A DNA stretch of 54,374 bases from Bacteroidales bacterium (GTDB taxonomy: Bacteria > Bacteroidota > Bacteroidia > Bacteroidales > CG2-30-32-10), in assembly GCA_038214085.1 (NCBI GenBank), contig JBBQSF010000001.1, forward strand, positions 1 through 54,374, in the 5' to 3' direction. The notes under the pieces were generated by a model. That model worked only from the letters and a program-made list of their open reading frames with translations, did not search any database and was not told where the DNA came from. The translations under genes were made by a program, and so were the position numbers. Within the stretch, counting starts at the first letter, position 1, and the number at the start of each line of letters is the position of its first letter. Below, in pieces: positions 17,433 through 27,211 of the stretch.

Positions 17433-18809
17433 TTATTTTCTTTGAAGAAATTTTCCAAAAGCTAAATTTTTTGATAAAATCTTTTTAGTAAAAGCGATTT
17501 TTCCACCAAGGATAACGGTTTCTATATCTCCTGAAAATTTGAAACCATCGTAAATATTGGAGTCGCAATTTTGAAATTGTTTTTTTGCTGAAATAATTCC
17601 TTTTGCGTTTGGATCCATAATTAAAATATCAGCATCCGAACCCTTTTGAATTATACCCTTTTGGGGAAATATTCCGAATATTTTTGCTGGATTTTCAGAA
17701 GTTAGTGCAACAAATTTCTCGATTGAAATTTTATCGGTTTTCACACCGTAAGTATAAAGCAAACTTAAGCGGTTTTCAATGCCACCTGCGCCATTCGGGA
17801 TTTTAGTGAAATCATTTATTCCAACATCCTTTTGTCCGAATGTGTTAAAAGGACAATGATCTGTTGCAATAACGTTAACTGTGCCGTTTTCCAAAGCTTG
17901 CCACATGGCAGCCTGATGTTTTTTAGCTCGTATTGGTGGACTGATAACATAAGCAAGCGCTTCATTGATGGGCTTTTCGTAAACGCTTTCGTCGAGTAAC
18001 AGATATTGCGGACAGGTTTCGCAATAAACATTCAGACCTCTTTTTCTTGCATCTTCAATCAATTCAATACTTTCAGCTGTGGATGTGTGAACAATATATA
18101 CATTGCAGCCTGTTTCTTCCGCCATTTTTAAAACAGCTTTAACTGATTCCGATTCTGTTTCTGGAGGTCGTGAGCGTGCATGCCAAACAGGATTTGTTTT
18201 TCCTTGTGAAATAAATTCTTTTCTTAATTGGTCAATGATTTCTCCTTTTTCGCAATGCACAGTTACCAAGGCATTCAATGGCGCAACAGTTTTCATTACT
18301 TCCAGAAGTTCGCTTTCATCAATACCTACCGAAGCTCGGTATGCCAGATAGGTTTTAAAAGAAGTGATTCCTTCTTCCTTAACACATTGAATAATTTCTT
18401 TTTTAACTGACTCATCCCACCATGTTATACCCATGTGAAAGCTATAATCAATAAGACTTTTAGAAGCGTCAGCTTTTCTTTTATTCAGAGCAGAAAACAG
18501 TGATTCACCCTTTGCAGGTGTTACAAAATCAATAATACACGTAGTTCCTCCAGCAATTGCAGCTTTTGAACCTGTATAAAAATCATCGCTCGAAGGTCCT
18601 GCTGGTGTAGGCAGTTCCATATGGACATGCGCATCCACGCCTCCGGGAAAAATGAGTTTACCACTAGCATCAATTATCTGATAATCTTTTTCGACTTTTA
18701 TATTGTTTTCGATTTGGGAAATGATTCCATTTTTTACAAGTATATCGGAAACATAAGATTTTTCAGTACGAACAACCAAACCGTTTTTAATGAGAATAAC
18801 ATCATTCAT
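17433..18809 (-). CDS. Dihydropyrimidinase / D-hydantoinase-family cyclic amidohydrolase (HyuA-like)
   Basis: Metal ligands GGVDAHVHMELP; DDFYTGSKAAIAGGTTCIIDF; carboxylated-Lys block SFKTYLAY; VHCE; ATDHCPF. The length of 458 aa is typical. Confidence 0.85.
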   Translation of the reverse strand: MNDVILIKNGLVVRTEKSYVSDILVKNGIISQIENNIKVEKDYQIIDASGKLIFPGGVDAHVHMELPTPAGPSSDDFYTGSKAAIAGGTTCIIDFVTPAKGESLFSALNKRKADASKSLIDYSFHMGITWWDESVKKEIIQCVKEEGITSFKTYLAYRASVGIDESELLEVMKTVAPLNALVTVHCEKGEIIDQLRKEFISQGKTNPVWHARSRPPETESESVKAVLKMAEETGCNVYIVHTSTAESIELIEDARKRGLNVYCETCPQYLLLDESVYEKPINEALAYVISPPIRAKKHQAAMWQALENGTVNVIATDHCPFNTFGQKDVGINDFTKIPNGAGGIENRLSLLYTYGVKTDKISIEKFVALTSENPAKIFGIFPQKGIIQKGSDADILIMDPNAKGIISAKKQFQNCDSNIYDGFKFSGDIETVILGGKIAFTKKILSKNLAFGKFLQRK

Positions 18810-18820
18810 CTGACAAAAAA

Positions 18821-19255
18821 TTAAAAATGAATTTTATGATAATCTTCGTAATCCCTTTCGAGATTGTCCTTAACTTCCTTAATTCTCCGAGCAATAATTA
18901 TAAAAATCTCCAATTGGTTTGCGTTAAGCCAACTTACTGCTTCTTCCTGTGCAAATGAAGCGTCGCCAAGAATAATTAATAAATCAAAATGATGTTCTTT
19001 TAACCAGAGCCATGCTTTTTCGTCGCCATCTCTTGCATTACAAAATGCTGCCAATTGAGGAAATCCGTGTTTCAGTAGCCAATCAAAAGCCTCTTCATTT
19101 GCTTTAATAGCGCTTGTAAAGGCCGACAATTCGGGATAACCGTTTTTATAAAGCCATTCATAAATTTTATCATTTCCGCCTATAGCTTCCCCTAAAGCTA
19201 TTAACACTTTAGCAGGATATTCACAGGGAAAATTACGATTATTTTCAATGTTCAT
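18821..19255 (-). CDS. Hypothetical protein with four exact 25-aa helical repeats
   Basis: The xWL motif occurs at residues 34, 59, 84 and 109, an exact 25-residue period. There is no signal peptide and I recognise no family. Confidence 0.6.
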   Translation of the reverse strand: MNIENNRNFPCEYPAKVLIALGEAIGGNDKIYEWLYKNGYPELSAFTSAIKANEEAFDWLLKHGFPQLAAFCNARDGDEKAWLWLKEHHFDLLIILGDASFAQEEAVSWLNANQLEIFIIIARRIKEVKDNLERDYEDYHKIHF

Positions 19256-19331
19256 AAGGCCTCTGTATGCTTAGTAAAACTTTGATTTTGGTTGTTGGTA
19301 TAAAATAAATCTTTTATGACTTTGAAAAAAG

Positions 19332-20111
19332 TTAAGTATAAACCTCTGCAATAAGACCAGCTTTCCTAACTTCTTCGGCAATTGAATTTAAAAAATTTGT
19401 GTCAAGAATATCCATAGTTTCAGCTGGAGTAGCTCTGGCAACCGGATAAATTACTACTTTGAGCGGTTTCAGTTTTTTAAGAATTTCAATCCAGTCTTTT
19501 ATATCTTCACTTTTTGTATTGTCAATTTCTGTCCCATTGTAAACGCCTTTCAAAAATAAGCTTTGAACAACAAATTTTCCTTCAAGCTGCATCATGTTTT
19601 CAACAATTTCATTTAAAGAAATTTTCACTACTGCTTTATTAACCATTCTAAAAATCTCTTCATTTCCTGCATCAAGCTTCAACATTGGAATGTCAACTTT
19701 TTTTAACGCAGAAACCACATCATCAAGATGGAGCATGGTGGAATTGGAAAGCACACAAATTTTGGATTCAGGAAAATAATTATTTCTGAGTTGTATGGTA
19801 TCGTCAATAATTTCTGCAAAGTCGGGATGTAAAGTCGGTTCGCCGTTTCCTGCAAAAGTAATGGCATCAGGACTAATGCCTTCAGCTTTCATATCGGAAA
19901 GTTTCTTTTCGAGATATTGCTTAATTACTACCGGCGGAGGAAAAACCACCTTATCAATTTCATTTATTTTTGTCCATCCACATTCGCAATAAATACAATT
20001 AAATGAGCAATATTTATAATTCAAAGGCAATAAGTTAACACCAAGAGACAGCCCGAGTCTACGACTGTTAATCGGTCCGAAAATAATATGATCAAATAAA
20101 AAACCAGCCAT
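19332..20111 (-). CDS. Radical SAM protein (COG0731-like, function unknown)
   Basis: CX3CX2C cluster motif CSFNCIYCECG preceded by FGPINSRRLGLSLGVNLLP. Start at ATG 20111; a perfect -7 box at 20130..20137 lies inside the longer ORF, which argues against the 20141 start. Confidence 0.8.
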   Translation of the reverse strand: MAGFLFDHIIFGPINSRRLGLSLGVNLLPLNYKYCSFNCIYCECGWTKINEIDKVVFPPPVVIKQYLEKKLSDMKAEGISPDAITFAGNGEPTLHPDFAEIIDDTIQLRNNYFPESKICVLSNSTMLHLDDVVSALKKVDIPMLKLDAGNEEIFRMVNKAVVKISLNEIVENMMQLEGKFVVQSLFLKGVYNGTEIDNTKSEDIKDWIEILKKLKPLKVVIYPVARATPAETMDILDTNFLNSIAEEVRKAGLIAEVYT

Positions 20112-20129
20112 AAAAATAAAATTATCATA

Positions 20130-20137
20130 CAAAATTA
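20130..20137 (-). promoter_or_regulatory. -7 promoter box TAATTTTG for the radical-SAM operon
   Basis: Perfect match on the minus strand, 18 nt upstream of ATG 20111. Confidence 0.5.
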
Positions 20138-20227
20138 CCAATTATAATTGAATATTATGCCTTTCCTTCGTATAATCCACTCTTGAAGAAATTACATATT
20201 TGGAAATTTTGGTCTTATTATTTTCAT

Positions 20228-20235
20228 TATTTTTG
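20228..20235 (+). promoter_or_regulatory. -7 promoter box TATTTTTG for ispB
   Basis: Perfect match ending 17 nt before ATG 20253. Confidence 0.5.
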
Positions 20236-20252
20236 AAATCGATAAAAATACG

Positions 20253-21230
20253 ATGACAGAAAAAATTGAAGATATAAAAGTCCCTGTAGCAAAGGAATTA
20301 GAGCGGTTTGATGCGTTCTTTAAATCTGCTATGAAGTCGTCGATACCGCTTTTGAACATTATTACACGTTATATTCTGAAGCGAAAAGGAAAACAAATAA
20401 GACCTTTATTCGTTTTTTTTAGCGCCAAAATGTTGGGTAATATAACCGATTCTACTAACAGGGCTGCCGCATTGATAGAGCTATTGCATACTGCAACTCT
20501 CGTTCACGACGATGTAGTGGATGAAGCTGAACGCAGAAGAGGTTTTTTCTCAGTTAACGCTTTGTGGAAAAATAAAATTGCTGTTTTAGTTGGCGATTTT
20601 CTGCTATCTCGTGGAATGTTACTGGCACTTGAAAACGAAGAATACCAATTGCTTCGAACGGTTTCTACTGCTGTTAAGGAAATGAGCGAGGGTGAGCTTC
20701 TGCAAATTGAAAAAGCAAGAAAACTTGATATTTCTGAGGAAATTTATTTTGAAATCATTCGTAAAAAAACAGCCAGTTTAATTGCATCCTGCTGTGCGTG
20801 TGGCGCGGCTTCTGTAGGTGCTTCAAAAGAAGAAACCGAAAAAATGTGGAAGTTTGGTGAATATGCAGGAATTGCATTTCAGCTGAAAGACGACCTATTT
20901 GATTATGAAAAGAACAACCAAACCGGAAAGCCGCAAGGAATCGACATTAAAGAGCACAAGTTGACACTTCCATTAATTTTTGCACTGGATAAAATGAAAT
21001 ATTTCGACAAAAGAAAAGTTATTAATATTGTCAAGAATAATAGCATCGATAAAGAAAAAGTAGATTATGTGATACGGCAGGTTTACGATTTGGGAGGAAT
21101 TGATTATGCAAAACAAAAAATGAATGATTATCACAGGAAAGCGTTGTCCGTTTTGAATGAATTTCCAAAAAACGAAATGCGCGATTCACTAGAAATGCTT
21201 GTAAATTTTGTAATTGAAAGAAATAAATAA
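20253..21230 (+). CDS. ispB: Polyprenyl (octaprenyl-type) diphosphate synthase
   Basis: First and second Asp-rich motifs LVHDDVVDEAERRRG and FQLKDDLFDY; 325 aa. Confidence 0.85.
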   Translation: MTEKIEDIKVPVAKELERFDAFFKSAMKSSIPLLNIITRYILKRKGKQIRPLFVFFSAKMLGNITDSTNRAAALIELLHTATLVHDDVVDEAERRRGFFSVNALWKNKIAVLVGDFLLSRGMLLALENEEYQLLRTVSTAVKEMSEGELLQIEKARKLDISEEIYFEIIRKKTASLIASCCACGAASVGASKEETEKMWKFGEYAGIAFQLKDDLFDYEKNNQTGKPQGIDIKEHKLTLPLIFALDKMKYFDKRKVINIVKNNSIDKEKVDYVIRQVYDLGGIDYAKQKMNDYHRKALSVLNEFPKNEMRDSLEMLVNFVIERNK

Positions 21231-21233
21231 AAA

Positions 21234-22541
21234 ATGAAAAAATTACTTTTTATTGCTCTTGTATTCATCTCGATGAATAGTTTTGCTCAGGTAAAAACCG
21301 ACTATTGGGAAAATAAAAACAAAAAATCAGAAGGCAATTATACTGATTCTTTACGGGAAGGAAAATGGACGTATTGGTATGAAAACGGTAAAATAAAATC
21401 GGAAGGGGAGTATTCAAAAGGAACACAAACCGGACTCTGGAAGTACTATTACGACGACGGAAGCAAATGGAGTGAAATAAATTCCGAAAATGGAACCAAC
21501 ACTTTTTGGTATAAAAACGGACAAAAAGAATGCGAAGGACCTGTATTGAGCGGGAAGCAGCAGGGAAAATGGCTGTATTGGTTTGATACTGGAAAAGAAA
21601 AAGAAAGTACTTTTTTTGTGAATGGTAAAAAAGATGGAAAAAGCACATCTTGGTTCGACAATGGCGTAAAAGGATTTGATGGTTCGTTTAAAGCAGATTC
21701 TCTTGATGGTTATGCCACTTGGTGGAAATACACTGGCAATAAAGAAATGGAGGGAAAGTCAATCAATGGTGCCCAGGACAGTGTCTGGATATATTATTAT
21801 GCAAGTGGCAAACCAGGCAGTAAAGGTAAATTTGTGAATGGCAAACAGGAAGGAGTGTGGCGGTATGCATACGAAACCGGCGAAAAATGGAAAATCGGAT
21901 ATTTTATCGATGGAAAGAAAGACAGTACTTGGACCACATTTTACGAAACTGGTGAAACCGAACACATGGGTCCTTTTAAAAAAGGCAAGGAAAATGGAAA
22001 ATGGACCAGTTGGTATAAAACCGGGCAAATGAAAACACAGGGATACTTTGTTGATGGGTTAATGGATGGTTTATGGAAGGCATGGTACAGTGATGGTTCA
22101 AAGAAATATGAAATTAATTATTTGAAAAACGAAAAAAACGGATTGTCAACGTATTGGTACGAAAACGGAAACAAAATGTATCAAGGCTCATATAAAAATT
22201 CTTTGCAAAATGGAATGTGGACAGAATGGTCAGAAAACGGTTACGAGCAAAGTGTAGGCGCTTATATTGATGGAGTAAAAACGGGTTATTGGTCGTTTTT
22301 TGATGAGAAAGGTGTAAAAGTTAAAGATCAGCAATTTGTTAATGGTCGGCAAGAAGGTAAGTGGGTTACTTACTATGCAAACGGGCAGAAATCGAGCGAG
22401 GGCTGCAATATCAACGATTACAAGGAAGGTAAGTGGATTTATTGGGACAATAAAGGTAATATCGTGTATTCTGTAACATACAAAAAAGGAGTTAAAAAGA
22501 AGGAATACAAGATTAAGGAAACCACCGAAGAAGAAAAATAG
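21234..22541 (+). CDS. MORN-variant (YwqK-type) repeat protein, secreted
   Basis: Signal peptide, then about 16 tandem ~23-aa repeats of the form G.W..WY.NG.K..EG.Y..G...G. Confidence 0.75.
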   Translation: MKKLLFIALVFISMNSFAQVKTDYWENKNKKSEGNYTDSLREGKWTYWYENGKIKSEGEYSKGTQTGLWKYYYDDGSKWSEINSENGTNTFWYKNGQKECEGPVLSGKQQGKWLYWFDTGKEKESTFFVNGKKDGKSTSWFDNGVKGFDGSFKADSLDGYATWWKYTGNKEMEGKSINGAQDSVWIYYYASGKPGSKGKFVNGKQEGVWRYAYETGEKWKIGYFIDGKKDSTWTTFYETGETEHMGPFKKGKENGKWTSWYKTGQMKTQGYFVDGLMDGLWKAWYSDGSKKYEINYLKNEKNGLSTYWYENGNKMYQGSYKNSLQNGMWTEWSENGYEQSVGAYIDGVKTGYWSFFDEKGVKVKDQQFVNGRQEGKWVTYYANGQKSSEGCNINDYKEGKWIYWDNKGNIVYSVTYKKGVKKKEYKIKETTEEEK

Positions 22542-22543
22542 CA

Positions 22544-23581
22544 CTATCCCTTTTTAAGCGTGAACGAAAAAGTTGATCCAATTCCTAAGGTGCTTCTTAG
22601 GTTAATGGTTTGTCCGTGAGCTTCAATAATATGTTTAACTATTGATAAACCAAGGCCAGAGCCACCTTGCTCCCTCGAACGGCTTTTGTCGGTTCGGTAA
22701 AAACGCTCAAATAATCTTGGGATGTCTTCCTGTGAAACACCAATGCCATTATCAGCAACTTCAACAAGAATAGTTTCGTCCATATCGTAAATACTCACCT
22801 TTGAGTAACCCCGTTCGTTACCATATTTTATTGAGTTATCGACAAGATTTGTAAGCACTTGACGAATTTGTTTTTTATCGGCGAAAACAATTTTTTGTTT
22901 TTCGCTGCCATGACCCAATTTTAGGAGGATTTGTTTCTTTAGGGCGTTTATATCTAAAAAATCAAAAATATCTTTTGTCATAGCAACGATATCAAAAGCT
23001 TCCATTTGAGGCATCAACTCACGCGATTCGAGTTTTGAAATCGTTTCAAGGTCTTCAATTATGGTAATCATGCGGTTGATACTTTTTTCGGTACGCAGAA
23101 GATAATTTCTGTTGATTGAAGGATCCTCCAGACCGCCATCAAGCAAAGTAAGTACGTATCCCTGAATGTTAAAAATTGGTGTTTTTAACTCGTGCGAAAC
23201 ATTTCCTAAGAATTCTCTGCGGTATGCTTCTTGTTTTTTTAAAGAATCAATTTCTTTCGTTTTGTTTTCTGCCCATTCGAGTACTTGCTGATTCACAGCG
23301 GTAATGCTGTCTATTTTATGTTTTGCCTTGCTCTCTTTTGGCCGTTTCTGACTCAGAATGGTTTTGTAGATGGGTCGAATTTTATCATAAATGTATTTTT
23401 CGAGAACAAATTTTTGAATAAAATATACTACAATAAACATCACAAATGATTCTATGATCAATGCCTCTATTGAAATACCGCCATCGAGGAAAAAGCCAAA
23501 AATATTTCCGCAAATAAAAAACAAAACAGAAATACCAGCGGAAAGCCAGAATGCAAGAACAGAAGCTTTTGAAAAATTCAT
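22544..23581 (-). CDS. Sensor histidine kinase (PhoR-like architecture)
   Basis: H-box FLGNVSHELKTPIFNI, N-box LVDNSIKYG, G-box GGSGLGLSIVKHI; two N-terminal TM segments. Confidence 0.9.
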   Translation of the reverse strand: MNFSKASVLAFWLSAGISVLFFICGNIFGFFLDGGISIEALIIESFVMFIVVYFIQKFVLEKYIYDKIRPIYKTILSQKRPKESKAKHKIDSITAVNQQVLEWAENKTKEIDSLKKQEAYRREFLGNVSHELKTPIFNIQGYVLTLLDGGLEDPSINRNYLLRTEKSINRMITIIEDLETISKLESRELMPQMEAFDIVAMTKDIFDFLDINALKKQILLKLGHGSEKQKIVFADKKQIRQVLTNLVDNSIKYGNERGYSKVSIYDMDETILVEVADNGIGVSQEDIPRLFERFYRTDKSRSREQGGSGLGLSIVKHIIEAHGQTINLRSTLGIGSTFSFTLKKG

Positions 23582-23584
23582 TGG

Positions 23585-24268
23585 TTATAACTCAAATTTA
23601 TACCCTACGCCTTTAACTGTCTTTATATTATCAATTTCAAGTTTTTCCCTGATTTTTCGCATGTGAACATCAATTGTGCGATCGCCAACAATTACATTAT
23701 TTCCCCATATTTTTGAATAAATTTCATCTCTTGTAAAAACTTTATTCACTTTTGAGGTCAGAAGTGACAGCAATTCAAACTCTTTTTTTGGCAAATTGTG
23801 TTCTAATCCATCTTTAAGCACTATATATCTTTCCCTGTCAATAATAATGTTTCCGTAAGTTTCTGAAAGGAGTTCTTCTGTTTGCAGGTTAAATCTTCTC
23901 AGTAAAGCTTTGATCTTAATAACAAGCACTTTTGGTTTTATGGGCTTTGAAATATAATCATCGGCACCTGCTTCAAAACCTGCAATTTGGGAGTAATCTT
24001 CATTGCGAGCAGTAAGAAAAACCACAATTGAATTGTTTAAAGAAGGTATTGATTTTAATTCGTTGCATGTTTCTATGCCATCCATTTCAGGCATCATTAC
24101 ATCTAAAATAATAAGATGAGGCAAAATTTCCTGTGCAATTTTTAATGCTTCACGCCCATTATTTGCTGTAAAAACAGTATAGCCTTCCTTGCGAATGTTG
24201 TATCCTAAAAACTCCAGAATATCGGGTTCGTCGTCAACTAATAAAATTTTGTATTCACTGTTTTCCAT
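23585..24268 (-). CDS. OmpR/PhoB-family response regulator
   Basis: YKILLVDDEPDI...ILDVMMPEMDG...GADDYISKPI, and a winged-helix C-terminus ending TVKGVGYKF. Start at ATG 24268; the perfect -7 box at 24289..24296 overlaps the alternative start at 24289. Confidence 0.9.
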   Translation of the reverse strand: MENSEYKILLVDDEPDILEFLGYNIRKEGYTVFTANNGREALKIAQEILPHLIILDVMMPEMDGIETCNELKSIPSLNNSIVVFLTARNEDYSQIAGFEAGADDYISKPIKPKVLVIKIKALLRRFNLQTEELLSETYGNIIIDRERYIVLKDGLEHNLPKKEFELLSLLTSKVNKVFTRDEIYSKIWGNNVIVGDRTIDVHMRKIREKLEIDNIKTVKGVGYKFEL

Positions 24269-24288
24269 GGTTGGTGGTATTGATAGCA

Positions 24289-24296
24289 CAAATATA
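24289..24296 (-). promoter_or_regulatory. -7 promoter box TATATTTG for the second two-component operon
   Basis: Perfect match on the minus strand, 20 nt upstream of ATG 24268. Confidence 0.5.
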
Positions 24297-24423
24297 AGGA
24301 GTTTCCTTAGAAAAAAGGTCTTTAAGGGATTGTTTATCAGAAACTTTACAGAAACTTAATGTTAAAGTAACATTGTTATAAAAAGGCTAGAAATTAATTA
24401 GGGAAATATCTGCACCTCAGTAT

Positions 24424-27120
24424 TTATCCGCACTTAGAATAACCGCAACTTTTGCATTTTAAGCAACCTTCTTCGTAAACAAGGCCATCGGAATCGCCGC
24501 AATTTGAACATTGGCGGTCAGCGGCTTTGGTTCCATCGGGAATAAATTTCTTTAAACCACGTTCAATGCCATTTTTCCATGTGTTGATGGTGTCTGAATC
24601 CAAACGTAAATTACTTACCACATCTACAACAAATGGCAAAGGCATTCCGTGACGAAGAATTCCGGAAATTAGCTTTGCATAGTTCCAGTATTCCTTATCA
24701 AACATTCTGGATAGTCCTTCGATAGTAACTTTATAACCCTGTTTATCTTCAAACTGGAAGTCGTAACGAGATTCTCCGTCTTCTTCGCTTTTACTTTTGA
24801 TAACCCAGCCTTTCTGAACCCATGGAGGAAGGTAAAAATCTTCGGCTTTACCTGTAAAAATTTCATACGGCCTACCGTTCAAAAGACCAACAACGGCAAT
24901 CCATTTTTCGTAATCATTTTGAAAACGCACGATCTCTGCATCAAGTCTTTTTGGACGCGTTGGCGCCATTGTTTCTTTAAATTCCGAAGGATCTTCTTTC
25001 TTTTTATCTGAAACGAGAACTCCTGAACGTGAACCGTCACGATAAACGGTAATTCCTTTGCAGCCACTTTCCCATGCTGTTTTGTAAATTTGAGCCACCA
25101 AATCTTCTTTAACATCATTGGGGATATTTACGGTAACACTAATTGAATGATCCACCCATTTTTGCACCGCACCCTGCATTTTAACTTTTGCTAACCAGTC
25201 AACATCATTGGCAGTGGCTTTGTGATAAGGAGATTTTTCAATAACCGCATCCAACTCTGCGTCTTTCAGCATTTTCACTTTGTCCACATCATATCCGTTT
25301 ACCTTTAACCATTTCAGAAATTTGTTGTGAAATACGTTGTATTCTTCCCATGTGTCGCCAATTTCATCGGTAAAATCAATACGGACATTTTTGTCGTTTG
25401 GATTCACTTTCCTGCGTCGTTTATATGAAATAAGGAAAACGGGTTCGATACCTGACGTGGTTTGTGTCATGAGCGAAACACTTCCTGTTGGTGCAATTGT
25501 AAGAAGTGCAATATTCCTACGTCCGAATTTTGCCATTTCTTCGTATAAAACAGGATCTGCCTCTTTAAGACGTAAAACAAAAGGATTTCCTTTTTCTTTC
25601 TGGGGGTCGTAAATCGGGAAAGGACCTCTTTCTTTTGCAAGGTTAACAGATGAACGATAAGCTTCCAGTGCAAGGAGTTTATGTACTTCGACAGAAAAAG
25701 TAGTGGCTTCATCAGTTCCATAGCGGCAACCTAAAGCAGCAAGCATATCTCCTTCGGCAGTGATGCCAATACCTGTACGACGGCCTTCGATACATTTCTG
25801 ACGGATATTATTCCATAAATTGATTTCTGTTCTTTTCACTTCCGCATCTTCGGGATCCGATTCAATTTTTTTAAGAATTTTATCAACCTTTTCAAGTTCC
25901 AGGTCAATGATATCATCCATCATCCGTTGTGCATAACCAACGTGCTTAATGAATTTTTCAGAATCAAAACTTGCATCTGTTGCAAAAGGATTATCAACAT
26001 AGCTATATAAGTTAATTGCAATTAATCTGCAGCTATCGTATGGACATAGCGGAATTTCGCCGCATGGATTGGTGGAAACAGTTTTAAAGCCGAGTGAAGC
26101 ATAACTATCAGCAACGGATTCGCGGATTATTGTATCCCAGAACAAAATACCGGGTTCTGCTGATTTCCATGCATTGTGAACGATTTTTTTCCACAGTTGC
26201 TGAGCATTTATTTCTTTTTTAAACCATGGATCTGCAGAATCAATAGGGTATTGCTGAGTATATGGTGTGTCGTTAGCAACAGCCTGCATAAAATCATCGG
26301 TCATTTTTACCGAAACATTTGCCCCTGTTACCTTACCTTCCTCAAGTTTTGCATTAATAAAACTTTCCGAATCAGGATGTTTTATCGAAATGCTCAACAT
26401 TAAAGCACCTCTGCGCCCGTCCTGGGCAACTTCGCGTGTGGAGTTAGAGTAGCGTTCCATAAAAGGGACAATGCCTGTAGAAGTAAGAGCGCTGTTTTTT
26501 ACTGGGCTGCCTGAAGGGCGGATATGAGAAAGATCGTGACCCACACCACCGCGGCGTTTCATAAGCTGTACCTGTTCTTCGTCAACTTTCATAATTCCCC
26601 CGTAAGAATCGGAATTTCCCTGACTTCCAATCACAAAGCAGTTGGACAAAGAACCGATTTGGAAATTGTTACCGATTCCAGCCATTGGAGATCCCTGAGG
26701 AACAATATATTTAAAACTTTTGAGCAAATCAAAAATCTCATCTTCGGTTAATGGGTTTGGATATTTTTTTTCAATCCGTGCAATTTCTCGTGAAATACGG
26801 CGATGCATATCATCGGGAGTACATTCGTATAAATTTCCTGCTGAATCTTTCAGTGCATATTTATTTATCCAGACATTAGCGGCTAGAGAATCCCCTTTAA
26901 AGTACAAAGTGGTTTTTTCGAGGGCTTCTTCATATGAATATGTTTTTGCAGAAGGATTATTGCTCACAATTTGATCCGGTTCTTTGTCTTCTTTTTTCAT
27001 GTCGGTATTGTCGTCAAATAAATTAGGTCTGATTCTTTTTTCCAAGACTTCCTCATATAAATTGGATTTGTGCTTTTTTTCAGTGTTATTAGATGTGTTA
27101 TTGGTAAATGTTTGTTCCAT
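24424..27120 (-). CDS. nrdJ: Adenosylcobalamin-dependent (class II) ribonucleotide reductase
   Basis: About 898 aa. Active-site blocks NPCGEIPL and TIAPTGSVS, and a C-terminal Cys-rich zinc-ribbon tail CSNCGDSDGLVYEEGCLKCKSCGYSKCG typical of NrdJ. ATG at 27120; an alternative GTG lies at 27129. Confidence 0.85.
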   Translation of the reverse strand: MEQTFTNNTSNNTEKKHKSNLYEEVLEKRIRPNLFDDNTDMKKEDKEPDQIVSNNPSAKTYSYEEALEKTTLYFKGDSLAANVWINKYALKDSAGNLYECTPDDMHRRISREIARIEKKYPNPLTEDEIFDLLKSFKYIVPQGSPMAGIGNNFQIGSLSNCFVIGSQGNSDSYGGIMKVDEEQVQLMKRRGGVGHDLSHIRPSGSPVKNSALTSTGIVPFMERYSNSTREVAQDGRRGALMLSISIKHPDSESFINAKLEEGKVTGANVSVKMTDDFMQAVANDTPYTQQYPIDSADPWFKKEINAQQLWKKIVHNAWKSAEPGILFWDTIIRESVADSYASLGFKTVSTNPCGEIPLCPYDSCRLIAINLYSYVDNPFATDASFDSEKFIKHVGYAQRMMDDIIDLELEKVDKILKKIESDPEDAEVKRTEINLWNNIRQKCIEGRRTGIGITAEGDMLAALGCRYGTDEATTFSVEVHKLLALEAYRSSVNLAKERGPFPIYDPQKEKGNPFVLRLKEADPVLYEEMAKFGRRNIALLTIAPTGSVSLMTQTTSGIEPVFLISYKRRRKVNPNDKNVRIDFTDEIGDTWEEYNVFHNKFLKWLKVNGYDVDKVKMLKDAELDAVIEKSPYHKATANDVDWLAKVKMQGAVQKWVDHSISVTVNIPNDVKEDLVAQIYKTAWESGCKGITVYRDGSRSGVLVSDKKKEDPSEFKETMAPTRPKRLDAEIVRFQNDYEKWIAVVGLLNGRPYEIFTGKAEDFYLPPWVQKGWVIKSKSEEDGESRYDFQFEDKQGYKVTIEGLSRMFDKEYWNYAKLISGILRHGMPLPFVVDVVSNLRLDSDTINTWKNGIERGLKKFIPDGTKAADRQCSNCGDSDGLVYEEGCLKCKSCGYSKCG

Positions 27121-27180
27121 CGTTCGCACGCTCCTTAAATTAAGTTTAAATAATTTTTTAAATCTTTAATACTGTGGCTA

Positions 27181-27211
27181 ATAAAAAATCCGTTTTCCTT
27201 CAAAAACGGAT
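27181..27211 (-). terminator. Terminator-like hairpin plus U-tract in the nrdJ 5' region (minus strand)
   Basis: On the minus strand: ATCCGTTTT-TGAAGG-AAAACGGAT followed by TTTTTAT. The stem is 9 bp and lies 61-91 nt upstream of ATG 27120. No minus-strand gene lies upstream of it. Confidence 0.45.

Noticed and set aside
21234-22541. The MORN/YwqK-type repeat protein is often labelled an antitoxin, which would hint at a toxin-antitoxin or polymorphic-toxin system.
   Set aside because: It has a signal peptide and no adjacent toxin-like gene; its neighbours are ispB and a histidine kinase. The label is a family name, not evidence for a TA module here.
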